A DNA stretch of 64,000 bases, from positions 1 to 64,000 of the forward strand of contig CAVUXE010000003.1 in the NCBI GenBank assembly GCA_963745235.1, in the 5' to 3' direction. Both the position numbers and the translations under genes were made by a program. This document shows, piece by piece, positions 30,824 through 40,405 of the stretch. Position 1 is the first letter of the stretch. Each line of letters opens with the position of its first letter. The notes under the pieces are model-generated. The model did no database searches, was not told the DNA's origin, and saw only the letters and a program-made list of their open reading frames with translations. This stretch comes from an uncultured Spirochaetota bacterium (GTDB lineage: Bacteria; Spirochaetota; Spirochaetia; SZUA-6; Fen-1364).

Positions 30824-31881
30824 CCGGCGGCTCTCCGCGCCGGGCGGCGCGCCAGCACGATGAAAAGGAGAAGGGCAAGAAGGATGTTGACCACCGAATA
30901 AGGCAGCCCCTGGGTGATCTGGAGAATGTCGCCCGCCGACGTGATGATGGCAAAAAGGAAGGCCATGAGCAGGATGCCCAGCGGCCGTCCCCCCGCCAGC
31001 CAGGCAATGAGGAACCCCGTGAAGCCGTACCCGGGGGAGAGCCCCTGGCGCAGCCTGCCATGGATGCCCGACACCTCGCCCATGCCTGCCAGTCCTGCCA
31101 TCCCGCCCCCGATTGCCAGCGCGACAACGATCCATGCGGCCACGGGGATGCCGAGCCGCTGGGCCGCCTCCTGGTTTCCGCCGATGGAGCGCATCTGGAC
31201 TCCCCACCGGGTTCTCTCCATCAGCAGCCAGTAGAGAAGCAGGGAAACGAGCGCAATGATGAGGCCCGCGTGGATACGCGTGTTGAAGAAGCTTGGCAGG
31301 CGGGCGGCATCCGGGAAGGCGGGAGACTGGGGATACGCGGAGCTCTCCGCGCTGCGCCAGGGGCCGAAAATGAAGTAGCTGACGATGAGAGGAGCCACGT
31401 AGTTCAGCAGAAGAGTCGCTATGGTCTCATTGACCAGCTTTCTCGCCCTGAGGATCCCGGGTATCGCGGCCCATACGGCGCCGCCGGCGAAGCCCAGAAG
31501 AGTGACGATGGGCAGCAGGACCCAGGCCGGCAGGTGGGGAAAGCTGAGAGCGCCGGCGGTGGCCATCCAGGCCCCCAGGTACAGCTGGCCCTCTCCGCCG
31601 ACGTTGATGAGACCGAGGCGGGAAGGAATGGCGACGGCCACGGCGGTCAGGAGAATGGGGGTCATTCGAACGAGGAGCTCGGAAAAGCCGTACGCATTTG
31701 CGAGCGTGTAGAGGAAGGTATCCGCGTAGGCCTTGAGGGGATTTTTGCCGGCCACCAGGAGGATCCCCCCGAAAACGGCCAGAACAACGAGGACAATGCC
31801 GGCATAGCGGCCCGTCTCCCCCACCACGCGCGGAAACCGGCGCGCGGCGGCATTCCTTTCAGCCGGCACGGGTTGCCTCAC
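30820..31881 (-). CDS. Nucleoside-type ABC permease
   Basis: LINVGGEGQL, VNETIATLLLNY, GYGFTGFLIAWLA. Confidence 0.9.
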   Translation of the reverse strand: MRQPVPAERNAAARRFPRVVGETGRYAGIVLVVLAVFGGILLVAGKNPLKAYADTFLYTLANAYGFSELLVRMTPILLTAVAVAIPSRLGLINVGGEGQLYLGAWMATAGALSFPHLPAWVLLPIVTLLGFAGGAVWAAIPGILRARKLVNETIATLLLNYVAPLIVSYFIFGPWRSAESSAYPQSPAFPDAARLPSFFNTRIHAGLIIALVSLLLYWLLMERTRWGVQMRSIGGNQEAAQRLGIPVAAWIVVALAIGGGMAGLAGMGEVSGIHGRLRQGLSPGYGFTGFLIAWLAGGRPLGILLMAFLFAIITSAGDILQITQGLPYSVVNILLALLLFIVLARRPARRAAG

Positions 31882-33406
31882 CGGACCCCGTCATGAGGTG
31901 GCCCACCTGCTCCGCATCCCATCGGCCGCGCGGATACTCCCCGACGACGGCCCCCTCGTACATCACGAGGAGGCGGTCACTCATCTCGACCAGCTCTTCG
32001 AGGTCTTCGGAAATGAGGAGGATCCCGCTGCCCGAATCCCGGACTTTTCGAAGAAGATCCCTGACTGACACGGCACTGCGAGCGTCGAGGCCTCGCGTGG
32101 GGTAGAGGGCGATGACGAGCTTCGGCTCGTGAGCCATCTCCCTTGCAACCACGACGCGCTGCACATTCCCCCCGGAGAGCCCGCCCACCGGCATGGCAAG
32201 CCGGGGAAGAGGGAAATCGAGGGTCCGAAACGAATCTCCCATCCTCGTTTCGAGGGAACCCCAGTCTATGGATGCCCCTTTCCAGTAGCGTCGTCCCGTG
32301 CCCAGGACGAGATTCTCCCGCACGGACATGCCGGGCACGGCCGCCATTCCCAGGCAATCTTCCGGCACGAAGGCCACACCGGCGTCCCGCATCCTCGCGA
32401 TGGACCATCGGGACGCGTCGGCCCCGCGGAAGAGTTTCCTGCCGGCCGCCAGGGGGCGGAGGCCGAGGATGAGGTCCCCGAGCTCCTTCTGTCCGCTCCC
32501 GGACACCCCGGCCACGCCGACAATCTCCCCTTCCCCGATCCGCAGCTCGATGTCCCGCAGCGCCGTTTCGCTGCCCCTGGCCCGGGTGCCGGCGCCGTGG
32601 AGCTCCAGGAGGTCTTTCGCGCCCCGCGTCGCCCGGCCGGCATCCGGCGTTTGGCCTCGTTCACCGACGCCTTTCTCCCCGAACATCATTGTGACAAGCG
32701 TCCCGGCGTCCGCCTTTCCTCGGGGCAGCTCACCGGTAACCCGCCCCTGGCGCATGACGGTGATGCGGTCCGCGCAGGAGATGACTTCCCGCAGCTTGTG
32801 CGTGATGAAGAGGATTGCGTACCCTTCCGCCTTCAGCGCCTCGAAGACCTGGAAGAGCTCCAGCACCTCGTGGGGCGCCAGGACTTTCGTCGGTTCGTCC
32901 AGGATGAGGACCCTGGCTTCCGCAAGCAGAAGCTTGAGGATCTCCACCTTCTGCTGGTCCCCGATGGAAAGCTGGCGCACTGGCGCGCCGGGATCCACGC
33001 GGAGGCCGAAACGCCCGGCGAGGCGTCGAATGCGCGCCTCCACCGCGGACGTGCGCACCACTGCGGGAAGGTCGGTGAGGAAGAGCGCTATGTTTTCCGC
33101 GACACTGAGGGCAGGGATGAGCATGAAGTTCTGGAAGACCATCCCAATGCCCATGGCCCGCGCGTCTCGCGGGGAGCGCAGGTCGACCGCCGTGCCGCCG
33201 CGGAGGATTTCCCCTGAGTCGGGACGCGTGAAACCGTAGAGGATTTTCGAGAGGGTGCTCTTCCCGGCCCCATTTTCCCCCAGAAGGGCGTGGACCTCAC
33301 CGCCCTTGAGCGTGAGGCTCACCCGGTCGTTTGCCAGGACGCTCCCGTATCTCTTTGTGATGGAGCGCGCCTCGATCAGGTCCGCTCCGTCCGCCGGTAC
33401 GTTCAT
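31859..33406 (-). CDS. Nucleoside-type ABC ATP-binding protein (two NBDs)
   Basis: [36 protein letters not shown]. Confidence 0.92.
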   Translation of the reverse strand: MNVPADGADLIEARSITKRYGSVLANDRVSLTLKGGEVHALLGENGAGKSTLSKILYGFTRPDSGEILRGGTAVDLRSPRDARAMGIGMVFQNFMLIPALSVAENIALFLTDLPAVVRTSAVEARIRRLAGRFGLRVDPGAPVRQLSIGDQQKVEILKLLLAEARVLILDEPTKVLAPHEVLELFQVFEALKAEGYAILFITHKLREVISCADRITVMRQGRVTGELPRGKADAGTLVTMMFGEKGVGERGQTPDAGRATRGAKDLLELHGAGTRARGSETALRDIELRIGEGEIVGVAGVSGSGQKELGDLILGLRPLAAGRKLFRGADASRWSIARMRDAGVAFVPEDCLGMAAVPGMSVRENLVLGTGRRYWKGASIDWGSLETRMGDSFRTLDFPLPRLAMPVGGLSGGNVQRVVVAREMAHEPKLVIALYPTRGLDARSAVSVRDLLRKVRDSGSGILLISEDLEELVEMSDRLLVMYEGAVVGEYPRGRWDAEQVGHLMTGSGEATRAG

Positions 33407-33436
33407 CCGACCTCTCCTCCTGGCGTCAGCAGCGCA

Positions 33437-33895
33437 TTACGGCGGGCTGCCCCCCGATCCTGAGCGGGACCCAGTGCTCGCTCCATAGTCCAGCGAGTCC
33501 TGGGAACCTATGCTCGAATAATACTCGATCTCGGCCGTGACGGCGCGCTCCCAGTCCGAGGCGGGAAGCCATTCGCTGGACAGCGGCGGCCCTTCCTCTA
33601 TCCGGTACTCCATCGCATTGTCTCCTCTCAGGACCACGGTGAGAGTCAGCCGCGGATAGCTGTGCAGCGTGACGCCGTCCCTGCGCGCATCGCTTGGCTG
33701 ACAGCCGAACTCGCGTCGAAACGCGCGGGGGAAAGAATCAGGGGAGTCATAGCCGAAGCGCAGGGCGAGCTCGATCACCTTCCTCCCTCCCCCAGTGGAT
33801 AGGACCATTGCGGCCTCGGAAAGCCTGCGCCTGCGCGCCCTGCTGGGGCGGCGGCCGCACAACGAATAGCACATTGGCCGGGGAGAGTTGTCCAA
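33437..33895 (-). pseudogene. Degraded AraC + GyrI-like regulator with internal deletion
   Basis: RRRRLSEAA, VIELALRFGYDSPDSFPRAFRREFG, MEYRIEE jumping directly to SEWLPAS; N-terminus missing. Confidence 0.75.
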
Positions 33896-33916
33896 AGTGG
33901 ACCCGAAGAGCCGACG

Positions 33917-35395
33917 CTAATCGCCGGATACGGCAATCTCCTCCGTCGGCGACTCCGGCACCTGCTCCCCTTCGATTCGCTGGCCCGCCACCATGTGAGG
34001 CTGGGACGCCATTTTTTCGATGGTTGCCCGTGCCCACCAATAGCCGGCCGCAGCCATGACCAGGTTTGTCGCGGCCAGGGCAATCCACGCGGCCCGAAGC
34101 GGCAGGTTCAGGGGACGAAGCAGGATGTAAGCCGCCGGGATGGCTATGGCGACCCGCACCAGCGTCAGGAAGAACCCGGGCCACGAGCGGCCCACCGCCT
34201 GCAGGGAGCTGATCTCCACGAACAGCATGGCATAGAGACCGTACGTGAAAGGGATCGTGAGGAAGTATGCCCGTGCATATTCGCTCACCCGGGGGTCCGT
34301 GGTGAATACGCCAATGATCTGGTTGTGGAACGCGACTACCGCAAAACCGAAGATCGTTGCGATTCCAAATCCCCACCCGAGGGTTGCACGGTACGCTGCC
34401 CGCACGCGGGCGAATTGCCCTGCGCCGGTGTTCTGCCCCAGCATTGCGAGGGCGGCCACACCGAATCCAATGGCGGGAAGGTAGGCAAAGAACTCCACGC
34501 GGAACCCGATGGAGAAGCTGATTGCTCCCGCTTCAAGGAAGCGGCTCGATATGATCACCGTGAACAGTGACAGAGACAGAGGGCCTACCACGTTTGTCAA
34601 CGCCGCGGGAAGGCCGATATTGAGCACCTGCTTGACCGAGATCCACCGGATGCGCAGGCGCGCCCACCTCAGCGCCACCATCATAGTAGCCCTCTTGAGA
34701 ATGACGAGACCCGCCACCAGGACCATGAGCTCCGCGAAGAGAGTTGCGAGCGCAGAGCCGCTGACCCCCATCGCGGGAAACCCCACCCACCCGAAGATCA
34801 GGATGGGATTCAGGACGGCGTTGACGACCGTGGAGACGACGAACAGGATCGTTACAGTCTTGTTGTCACCCTGGGAGCTGAAAGCGAAGACCACGGAAAA
34901 CATCAGGAAGACCAGGATGGAGCCGCCGGAGACCCAGGTGAAATACTGCAGGGCCAGCGGCAGGATCGAGCCCGTGGCGCCGGAAGCCACCAGAAGCTGG
35001 GTCCGGAAGACGAGGCAGACGGCCGTAAAGACCACGCCCGCGATCGCGGAGAGCACGAAGGACTGGCCAAGGATCCTTTCGGCCTCCGCGATGTTCCTGC
35101 GCCCGATGTTCATGGCCATGAGAACGCCGGAGCCAACGGTGATCCCCATGCTGAGGGAAACCATGATGAACAGAGTGATCTGCGAAATGCTCACGGCCGC
35201 GATGGCTGCGGGAGCGAGCTTGCTCACCCAGAACGCGTCCACCGCGTTGTAGAGAGTCTGGAAAAATATCGAAAGCATGACAGGCCACGCCAGCGACCAT
35301 ATCTGTGGCATGAGCCTCCCCTGCGTCAGGTCCTGTCCGCGCAAAACTGCCTCCTGAACGGGTTGCGCGCGGAGCATGCGCCGCGCGCTTACCAC
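33917..35395 (-). CDS. MATE family efflux transporter
   Basis: DLTQG, LAWPVML, YNAVDAFWVSKL, MGVSGSALAT, GQNTGA; about 12 TM segments. Confidence 0.92.
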   Translation of the reverse strand: MVSARRMLRAQPVQEAVLRGQDLTQGRLMPQIWSLAWPVMLSIFFQTLYNAVDAFWVSKLAPAAIAAVSISQITLFIMVSLSMGITVGSGVLMAMNIGRRNIAEAERILGQSFVLSAIAGVVFTAVCLVFRTQLLVASGATGSILPLALQYFTWVSGGSILVFLMFSVVFAFSSQGDNKTVTILFVVSTVVNAVLNPILIFGWVGFPAMGVSGSALATLFAELMVLVAGLVILKRATMMVALRWARLRIRWISVKQVLNIGLPAALTNVVGPLSLSLFTVIISSRFLEAGAISFSIGFRVEFFAYLPAIGFGVAALAMLGQNTGAGQFARVRAAYRATLGWGFGIATIFGFAVVAFHNQIIGVFTTDPRVSEYARAYFLTIPFTYGLYAMLFVEISSLQAVGRSWPGFFLTLVRVAIAIPAAYILLRPLNLPLRAAWIALAATNLVMAAAGYWWARATIEKMASQPHMVAGQRIEGEQVPESPTEEIAVSGD

Positions 35396-35550
35396 AAAGG
35401 ATAGTGGCCGGAGGGCGTTGTCGACAATTGGAGCTCAGAAAGGGGATGGCGTCATCCGAGGTTATAGGAGGGTGGTCTGAGAACGGGTATGAGACATTGT
35501 TCTCATATTGTCATATAGTACCACCGTCATACCTTCTGCAAGGAGCTCGT

Positions 35551-37989
35551 GTGAAGCGACTCTTCGCTTTCGGGTATCTGGCAGTCCTGTTCTTTCTGGG
35601 CACGCCGCTGGTGAGGTCGGATCCCCTTGTCGTTGGGGACGGCCCCCACTACAGCCTGGGCGGTCATCTGGAGATCCTGCGGGATGACACGGCCGCCATG
35701 ACGTTCGCCCAGGTTTCAGCGAGCTCCTCCTGGGCGGCCACGCCGGAGGATGAGCCGAACCCCGGGTTCTCGAATGCCGTCTATTGGGTCAGGTTCCAGC
35801 TCGAATCCCGCACGGCACACCGGCTCCTCCTGGTCTTCCAGTACGCCAATGTCGATTTCGTGGATCTGTTCGTGGCCTATCCCGACGGGGGGCTGCGGCA
35901 CATGGCCTCGGGTGACGACATCCCTTTTGCAGAGAGATCGATCGCCCACCGGTATCCGCTTTTCCCGCTGACTCTGCCGACGGCTCAGCCAGTCTGGTGT
36001 TACGTGCAGCTGCGGGATCCAAACAGCCTGTTTCCGCTTTCAGTCTGGGACGAGGCGGCCTTCCGCAGGGCTGACAGCGACCAGCAGCTGGTCATTGGGC
36101 TATTCGTCGGGCTCTTCCTCATCGGCCTTCTGTTCAACGCGCTGTTCTTTCTCGCAACCCGAGACAGGGCGTATCTCTACTATTTCTTCTTTGTGCTGTC
36201 GTACCTCGTCTTCGAGCTCGCGTTCAGGGGCATCGCGGGCGAGTATCTCTGGCCATGGCACACCTGGATTGACGATGCGGTGGAAGTGACCGCGGCCTCT
36301 GTTGCCATCACGATGGGGCTCGCATTCACCCGCAGCTTCCTCCAGACGAAGACCTGGGCGCCCTTCATGCACGTATTCCTCGGCGGGGTTCTTTTCGCGG
36401 GCGCGGTGAACACGCTCTGCACGCTCGTATTTCCGTTTGTGATCATGGTCCAGGTGACGAATGCATACCTCCTTTTCGCGGCGATCGTTCTCATTCCGAG
36501 CGCCTTCATCGTGCTTCGCCGTGGTTTTCGAGCGGCGCGCTTCTACCTGGCCGCGTGGGTCATGCTCCTGGCGGGCGGCATCATCTTTGCGCTCTTGAAC
36601 CTGGGCCTGCTGCCGAGCAACCCGTTCACGCGGAACGCGCTCTCCGTGGGCGGGTCACTCGAAATGGTCCTCCTCTTCCTGGCCATCGTGGACCGGTACC
36701 TGCTCCTGCGTCGCGACGGCGAGAAGATGCAGACGGAACGGCTGGAAGCCGTTGAGAAGAGGCTCTACTCGGACACACTGACGGAGCTTCCCAACCGCAA
36801 CCGGCTCATTGCCGACCTGCAGCAGGGGAAGGCCGTCACGATCATCCTGGTCAACATCGACCATTTCAAGGAGATCAACGACTGCTTCGGACAGAAGGCG
36901 GGAGACCACGTCATCATCGAGCTCGGCAACCGCATTCGTGGCGCGGTTTCCGAGCGCAGCGGCGCGGTCTACCGGCTGCACGCGGATGAGTTCGCCGTCG
37001 TGCTGGAGTCCACCTCGGACGGGAGCGATCTCGCCGCGCTGGGCCGAACGCTCGTCTCGCGCTGCCAGGACCATCCCTACCTGTATGAAAACGAGACCCT
37101 CCGCCTGGATGTCAGCGTGGGAATGGCGGTGACCAGCGCCCGTCACCTGGAGAGAGCAGACATGGCTCTCTCGGTGGCGCGGTCCCGCAAGACGCCGGTC
37201 GTCTACGAGCCCGGGCTCGAGGTGTTGAAGAGGTTCGCCGACAACCTCCACTGGCTGCACGTCATCCGCGAATCGATCGAGGAAGACCGCATCATTCCTT
37301 TCTTCCAGCCCATCCGGAACAACCAGACCGGATCCATCGACAAGTACGAATCCCTCATGAGGATCCGCATGAGGGACGGTGTCTTCGTGGCACCGGGCGC
37401 CTTCTTCCCGGTGGCGAAGAAGAGCAAGCTCTACCCGGAGCTCTCCCGCGTGATCATCGAGAAGACCGCCGGGATCATGAGGACTCTCGACCAGGAAGTG
37501 TCCATCAACGTGTCCCTGGAGGACATTACTCACCCCGACGTCCGCGCGGTCATAGACCAGGTCGTCTCCCAGCGGGACATCGGGCCGCGCGTCGTCTTCG
37601 AGCTGCTCGAATCCGAAGGCATCGAGAACTACGACGAGGTTTCGCACTTCATCCAGCTGATGAAGGACAAGGGATGCAAGATTGCCATCGATGATTTCGG
37701 GGCCGGGTACTCCAACTTCGCGCATATCCTCCGCCTCCGGGTGGATTACCTGAAGCTGGATTCCTCTCTCATCAAGTCCATCGTGGAGGATGCCAACGCC
37801 CGCTGCATAGTCCAGACCATCGTCTCGTTCGCCCGGAGCCTGGGAATTCAGACCATCGCGGAGTTCGTGCACAACGAAGCCGTGCAGAATGTGGTTGACT
37901 CGATGGGGGTGAACCATTCCCAGGGGTATTTCATCGGCGAGCCGCGTCCCATGAAGACAGAATCCCAGATTTTCAAGCCGGCCGAGTGA
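35551..37989 (+). CDS. 7TMR-DISM sensor with degenerate GGDEF and EAL domain (c-di-GMP phosphodiesterase)
   Basis: NPGFSNAVYW (DISMED2), 7TM region, DTLTELPNR, HADEF in place of GGDEF, YESLMR, IAIDDFGAGYS, IAEFV, QGYF. Confidence 0.9.
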   Translation: MKRLFAFGYLAVLFFLGTPLVRSDPLVVGDGPHYSLGGHLEILRDDTAAMTFAQVSASSSWAATPEDEPNPGFSNAVYWVRFQLESRTAHRLLLVFQYANVDFVDLFVAYPDGGLRHMASGDDIPFAERSIAHRYPLFPLTLPTAQPVWCYVQLRDPNSLFPLSVWDEAAFRRADSDQQLVIGLFVGLFLIGLLFNALFFLATRDRAYLYYFFFVLSYLVFELAFRGIAGEYLWPWHTWIDDAVEVTAASVAITMGLAFTRSFLQTKTWAPFMHVFLGGVLFAGAVNTLCTLVFPFVIMVQVTNAYLLFAAIVLIPSAFIVLRRGFRAARFYLAAWVMLLAGGIIFALLNLGLLPSNPFTRNALSVGGSLEMVLLFLAIVDRYLLLRRDGEKMQTERLEAVEKRLYSDTLTELPNRNRLIADLQQGKAVTIILVNIDHFKEINDCFGQKAGDHVIIELGNRIRGAVSERSGAVYRLHADEFAVVLESTSDGSDLAALGRTLVSRCQDHPYLYENETLRLDVSVGMAVTSARHLERADMALSVARSRKTPVVYEPGLEVLKRFADNLHWLHVIRESIEEDRIIPFFQPIRNNQTGSIDKYESLMRIRMRDGVFVAPGAFFPVAKKSKLYPELSRVIIEKTAGIMRTLDQEVSINVSLEDITHPDVRAVIDQVVSQRDIGPRVVFELLESEGIENYDEVSHFIQLMKDKGCKIAIDDFGAGYSNFAHILRLRVDYLKLDSSLIKSIVEDANARCIVQTIVSFARSLGIQTIAEFVHNEAVQNVVDSMGVNHSQGYFIGEPRPMKTESQIFKPAE

Positions 37990-38040
37990 CGGCCGCCGGG
38001 CACTGGAAGGCAGGAACGGGCCGCGGAGCCAGAAGGGGAA

Positions 38041-39129
38041 TCAACCGTCGGGCAGGAGGTTGCCGCTGCTCCCCGTTTCATCGGAGGGCTGGCTTTCGTA
38101 GAGCTCCCGGAAAACATCCTGGGAACCCCGAAAGACTTTGAGAAGGTCCGGCGAGAAATGCTCTGGCCGTGTCCGCTCGTCCCCGCGGGTCAGGATTTCC
38201 ATGACCTGGGCGTGGCCGTACGCCGGCTTGTAGGGTCGACTGCTTCGCAGCGCGTCGTACTGGTCGCACATCATCAGGATGCGGCCGCACAGGGGTATCG
38301 CCTCCCCCGCAAGACCGCGCGGATATCCGCTCCCGTCCCACCGCTCGTGGTGGGTCAGCGAGATCTCTGCGCCCATTTTCACGTACGGCGTTGTTCCCTT
38401 TTTCAATATGTTCCAGCCGAGGAGCGTGTGGTTCTTCATGATCTCCCACTCCTCGGTATCGAGCGGGCTCGGCTTGAGCAGGATCCGATCCGGAATCCCG
38501 ATCTTTCCGATGTCATGCATCGGGCTGGCATAGAGGATGCAATCCACGTAGTGGTCGTCCATGCCGCACCTTCGCGCAAGCTCTGCTGACAGCGCACTGA
38601 TGCGGCGGACGTGGGCACCGGTGTCCTCATCCCGATATTCGGCCGCGCTGGTCATCAGATAGACGGTCTCCCGGTACTGGTTTCGAAGCTGCGCCGTCCT
38701 TTCCTGGACCTCGGATTCCAGGGTGCGGCTGTGCTGGACGACAATGTCGTGGTATTCCTTCATGCGCAGGAGATTGCGGACCCGGGCCCGCAGCTCGGAT
38801 CTCTCCACGGGCTTGGCCAGGAAATCCTCCGCCCCGGCCTGGAACGCCTCGGTCCGTGAATCGGGGTTCGCGAACCCGGTGATGACAACGATGGGAATGA
38901 CCCGAGACCTCTCCTGCGCTTTCAGCCTCTGAAGGACATCCAATCCACCGATACCGGGCATCACAAGGTCCAGGAGGATCAAGTCCGGCAGCTCCGCTTC
39001 CACCGCCTCCAGGGCTGCCTGCCCGCTCGCGGCAGTCCGCGTCCGGTAGCCGTCCTCCCTGAGCATGGACTCGAACAGGGTGCGGTTCAACTCCTGGTCG
39101 TCGACAATAAGCACTACCGGGTTGTTCAT
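38041..39129 (-). CDS. Response regulator with HD-GYP domain (RpfG-like)
   Basis: REC domain, DTGAHVRR, MHDIGKIGIPD, HHERWDGSGYP, RPYK. Confidence 0.93.
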   Translation of the reverse strand: MNNPVVLIVDDQELNRTLFESMLREDGYRTRTAASGQAALEAVEAELPDLILLDLVMPGIGGLDVLQRLKAQERSRVIPIVVITGFANPDSRTEAFQAGAEDFLAKPVERSELRARVRNLLRMKEYHDIVVQHSRTLESEVQERTAQLRNQYRETVYLMTSAAEYRDEDTGAHVRRISALSAELARRCGMDDHYVDCILYASPMHDIGKIGIPDRILLKPSPLDTEEWEIMKNHTLLGWNILKKGTTPYVKMGAEISLTHHERWDGSGYPRGLAGEAIPLCGRILMMCDQYDALRSSRPYKPAYGHAQVMEILTRGDERTRPEHFSPDLLKVFRGSQDVFRELYESQPSDETGSSGNLLPDG

Positions 39130-39185
39130 GCAGGAGCTTCCGCGATCCAATATTGCATAATTCCGCGGTTGGGTCATCATTGGGC

Positions 39186-39647
39186 ATGGCGTTTTCACTG
39201 TCCTCGGCGGGCTTCACGCCCGCAGGCGGAATACCCAGGACATTCACCGCTGACGGCAGGGATATTTCCCCCGCGCTGAGCTGGGAGGACCCGCCGCCGG
39301 GGACCCAGGCTTTTGCTCTCGTCTGCGATGACCCGGACGCCCCCGCGGGAACGTGGGTCCACTGGGTGATCTGGAACATCCCGGCCTCGGCAAAGGGGCT
39401 CGGTGAAGCAGTCCAGCACATCAAGACCCTGCCGGACGGCAGCGCTCAGGGCAAAAACGACTTCGGGCGGATGGGCTACGGGGGCCCGAGCCCTCCGCCC
39501 GGAAAGGCGCACAGGTACTTCTTCCGATTGCATGCGCTGCGGGAAAAGCTTCCCCTTGCAGCCGGGGCAGGCCGCGGGGAGCTGGAACGAGCCATGCAAG
39601 GGAAGATACTCGCCACCGCCGAGGTCTTCGGCACCTACAAGAGATGA
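39186..39647 (+). CDS. YbhB/YbcL (PEBP, Raf kinase inhibitor-like) protein
   Basis: SPALSW, DDPDAP, WVHWV, GYGGPSPPPG, HRYFF. Confidence 0.92.
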   Translation: MAFSLSSAGFTPAGGIPRTFTADGRDISPALSWEDPPPGTQAFALVCDDPDAPAGTWVHWVIWNIPASAKGLGEAVQHIKTLPDGSAQGKNDFGRMGYGGPSPPPGKAHRYFFRLHALREKLPLAAGAGRGELERAMQGKILATAEVFGTYKR

Positions 39648-40300
39648 GGACGCTGCTCGATCGTTCTCCCGCGGAGATCGTCCAGGTCATCATCATCATC
39701 GTGATGAGCCTGACGGTCCACGAGTTCGCGCATTCCCTGGTGACCATCACGCTGGGAGACGACACACCCCGGCGCCAGGGCCGGCTGACGTTGAACCCGC
39801 TGGCTCATATTGACCTGGTCGGCTTCATCATGCTGGTCATTGCCGGGTTCGGATGGGCAAAGCCTGTCCAGATCAACCCTGCCAACCTGAAAAAGCCGCG
39901 GCGGGACGAGATCCTGATCGCCCTCGCCGGTCCGGTTTCGAATCTCCTGTTCGCGATGGTGGCCGTTGTCGTCATGGGGGCGGTCTTTTCCACCCATGCG
40001 CTGGTTTCTCCACGCTCGCTGCAGGACTTCGGCAACTTCATGCTGATGCTTGCGGCCATCAACGTGAGCCTCGCCATCTTCAACATGATCCCCATCCCGC
40101 CCCTGGACGGGTCGCACCTGGTGACGCCTTTCCTCGGCAGGATCAACACTGCCGTGGCGGCAACGTACTTCCGCTATGGATCTCTCCTCCTGCTGGGCAT
40201 CATCCTCATTCAAAGCTTCACGAGAGTGGACATACTGCACATCGGCCGCCTCACCTATTCCATCGTGGCCTGGATGCTCCGCCTGGTCGGAATTGCCTGA
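39644..40300 (+). CDS. Site-2 protease family (M50) metalloprotease
   Basis: HEFAH, GRLTLNPLAHID, AGPVSN, FNMIPIPPLDG. Confidence 0.92.
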   Translation: MRTLLDRSPAEIVQVIIIIVMSLTVHEFAHSLVTITLGDDTPRRQGRLTLNPLAHIDLVGFIMLVIAGFGWAKPVQINPANLKKPRRDEILIALAGPVSNLLFAMVAVVVMGAVFSTHALVSPRSLQDFGNFMLMLAAINVSLAIFNMIPIPPLDGSHLVTPFLGRINTAVAATYFRYGSLLLLGIILIQSFTRVDILHIGRLTYSIVAWMLRLVGIA

Positions 40301-40322
40301 GGCGGCACCGGCCCATCTTACG

Positions 40323-40381
40323 TGCTTAAAATTATGCAATAACTCTTGACAGCCGCCGCACATTGTGCTTAAAATTAAGCA
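40323..40381 (+). promoter_or_regulatory. Sigma70 promoter flanked by two 16-bp operators (probable BlaI-family sites)
   Basis: TGCTTAAAATTATGCA 40323-40338; TTGACA 40346-40351, N18, TAAAAT 40370-40375 inside TGCTTAAAATTAAGCA 40366-40381. Confidence 0.8.
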
Positions 40382-40405
40382 TGTTGACGGAAAGGAGGGC
40401 GGATC

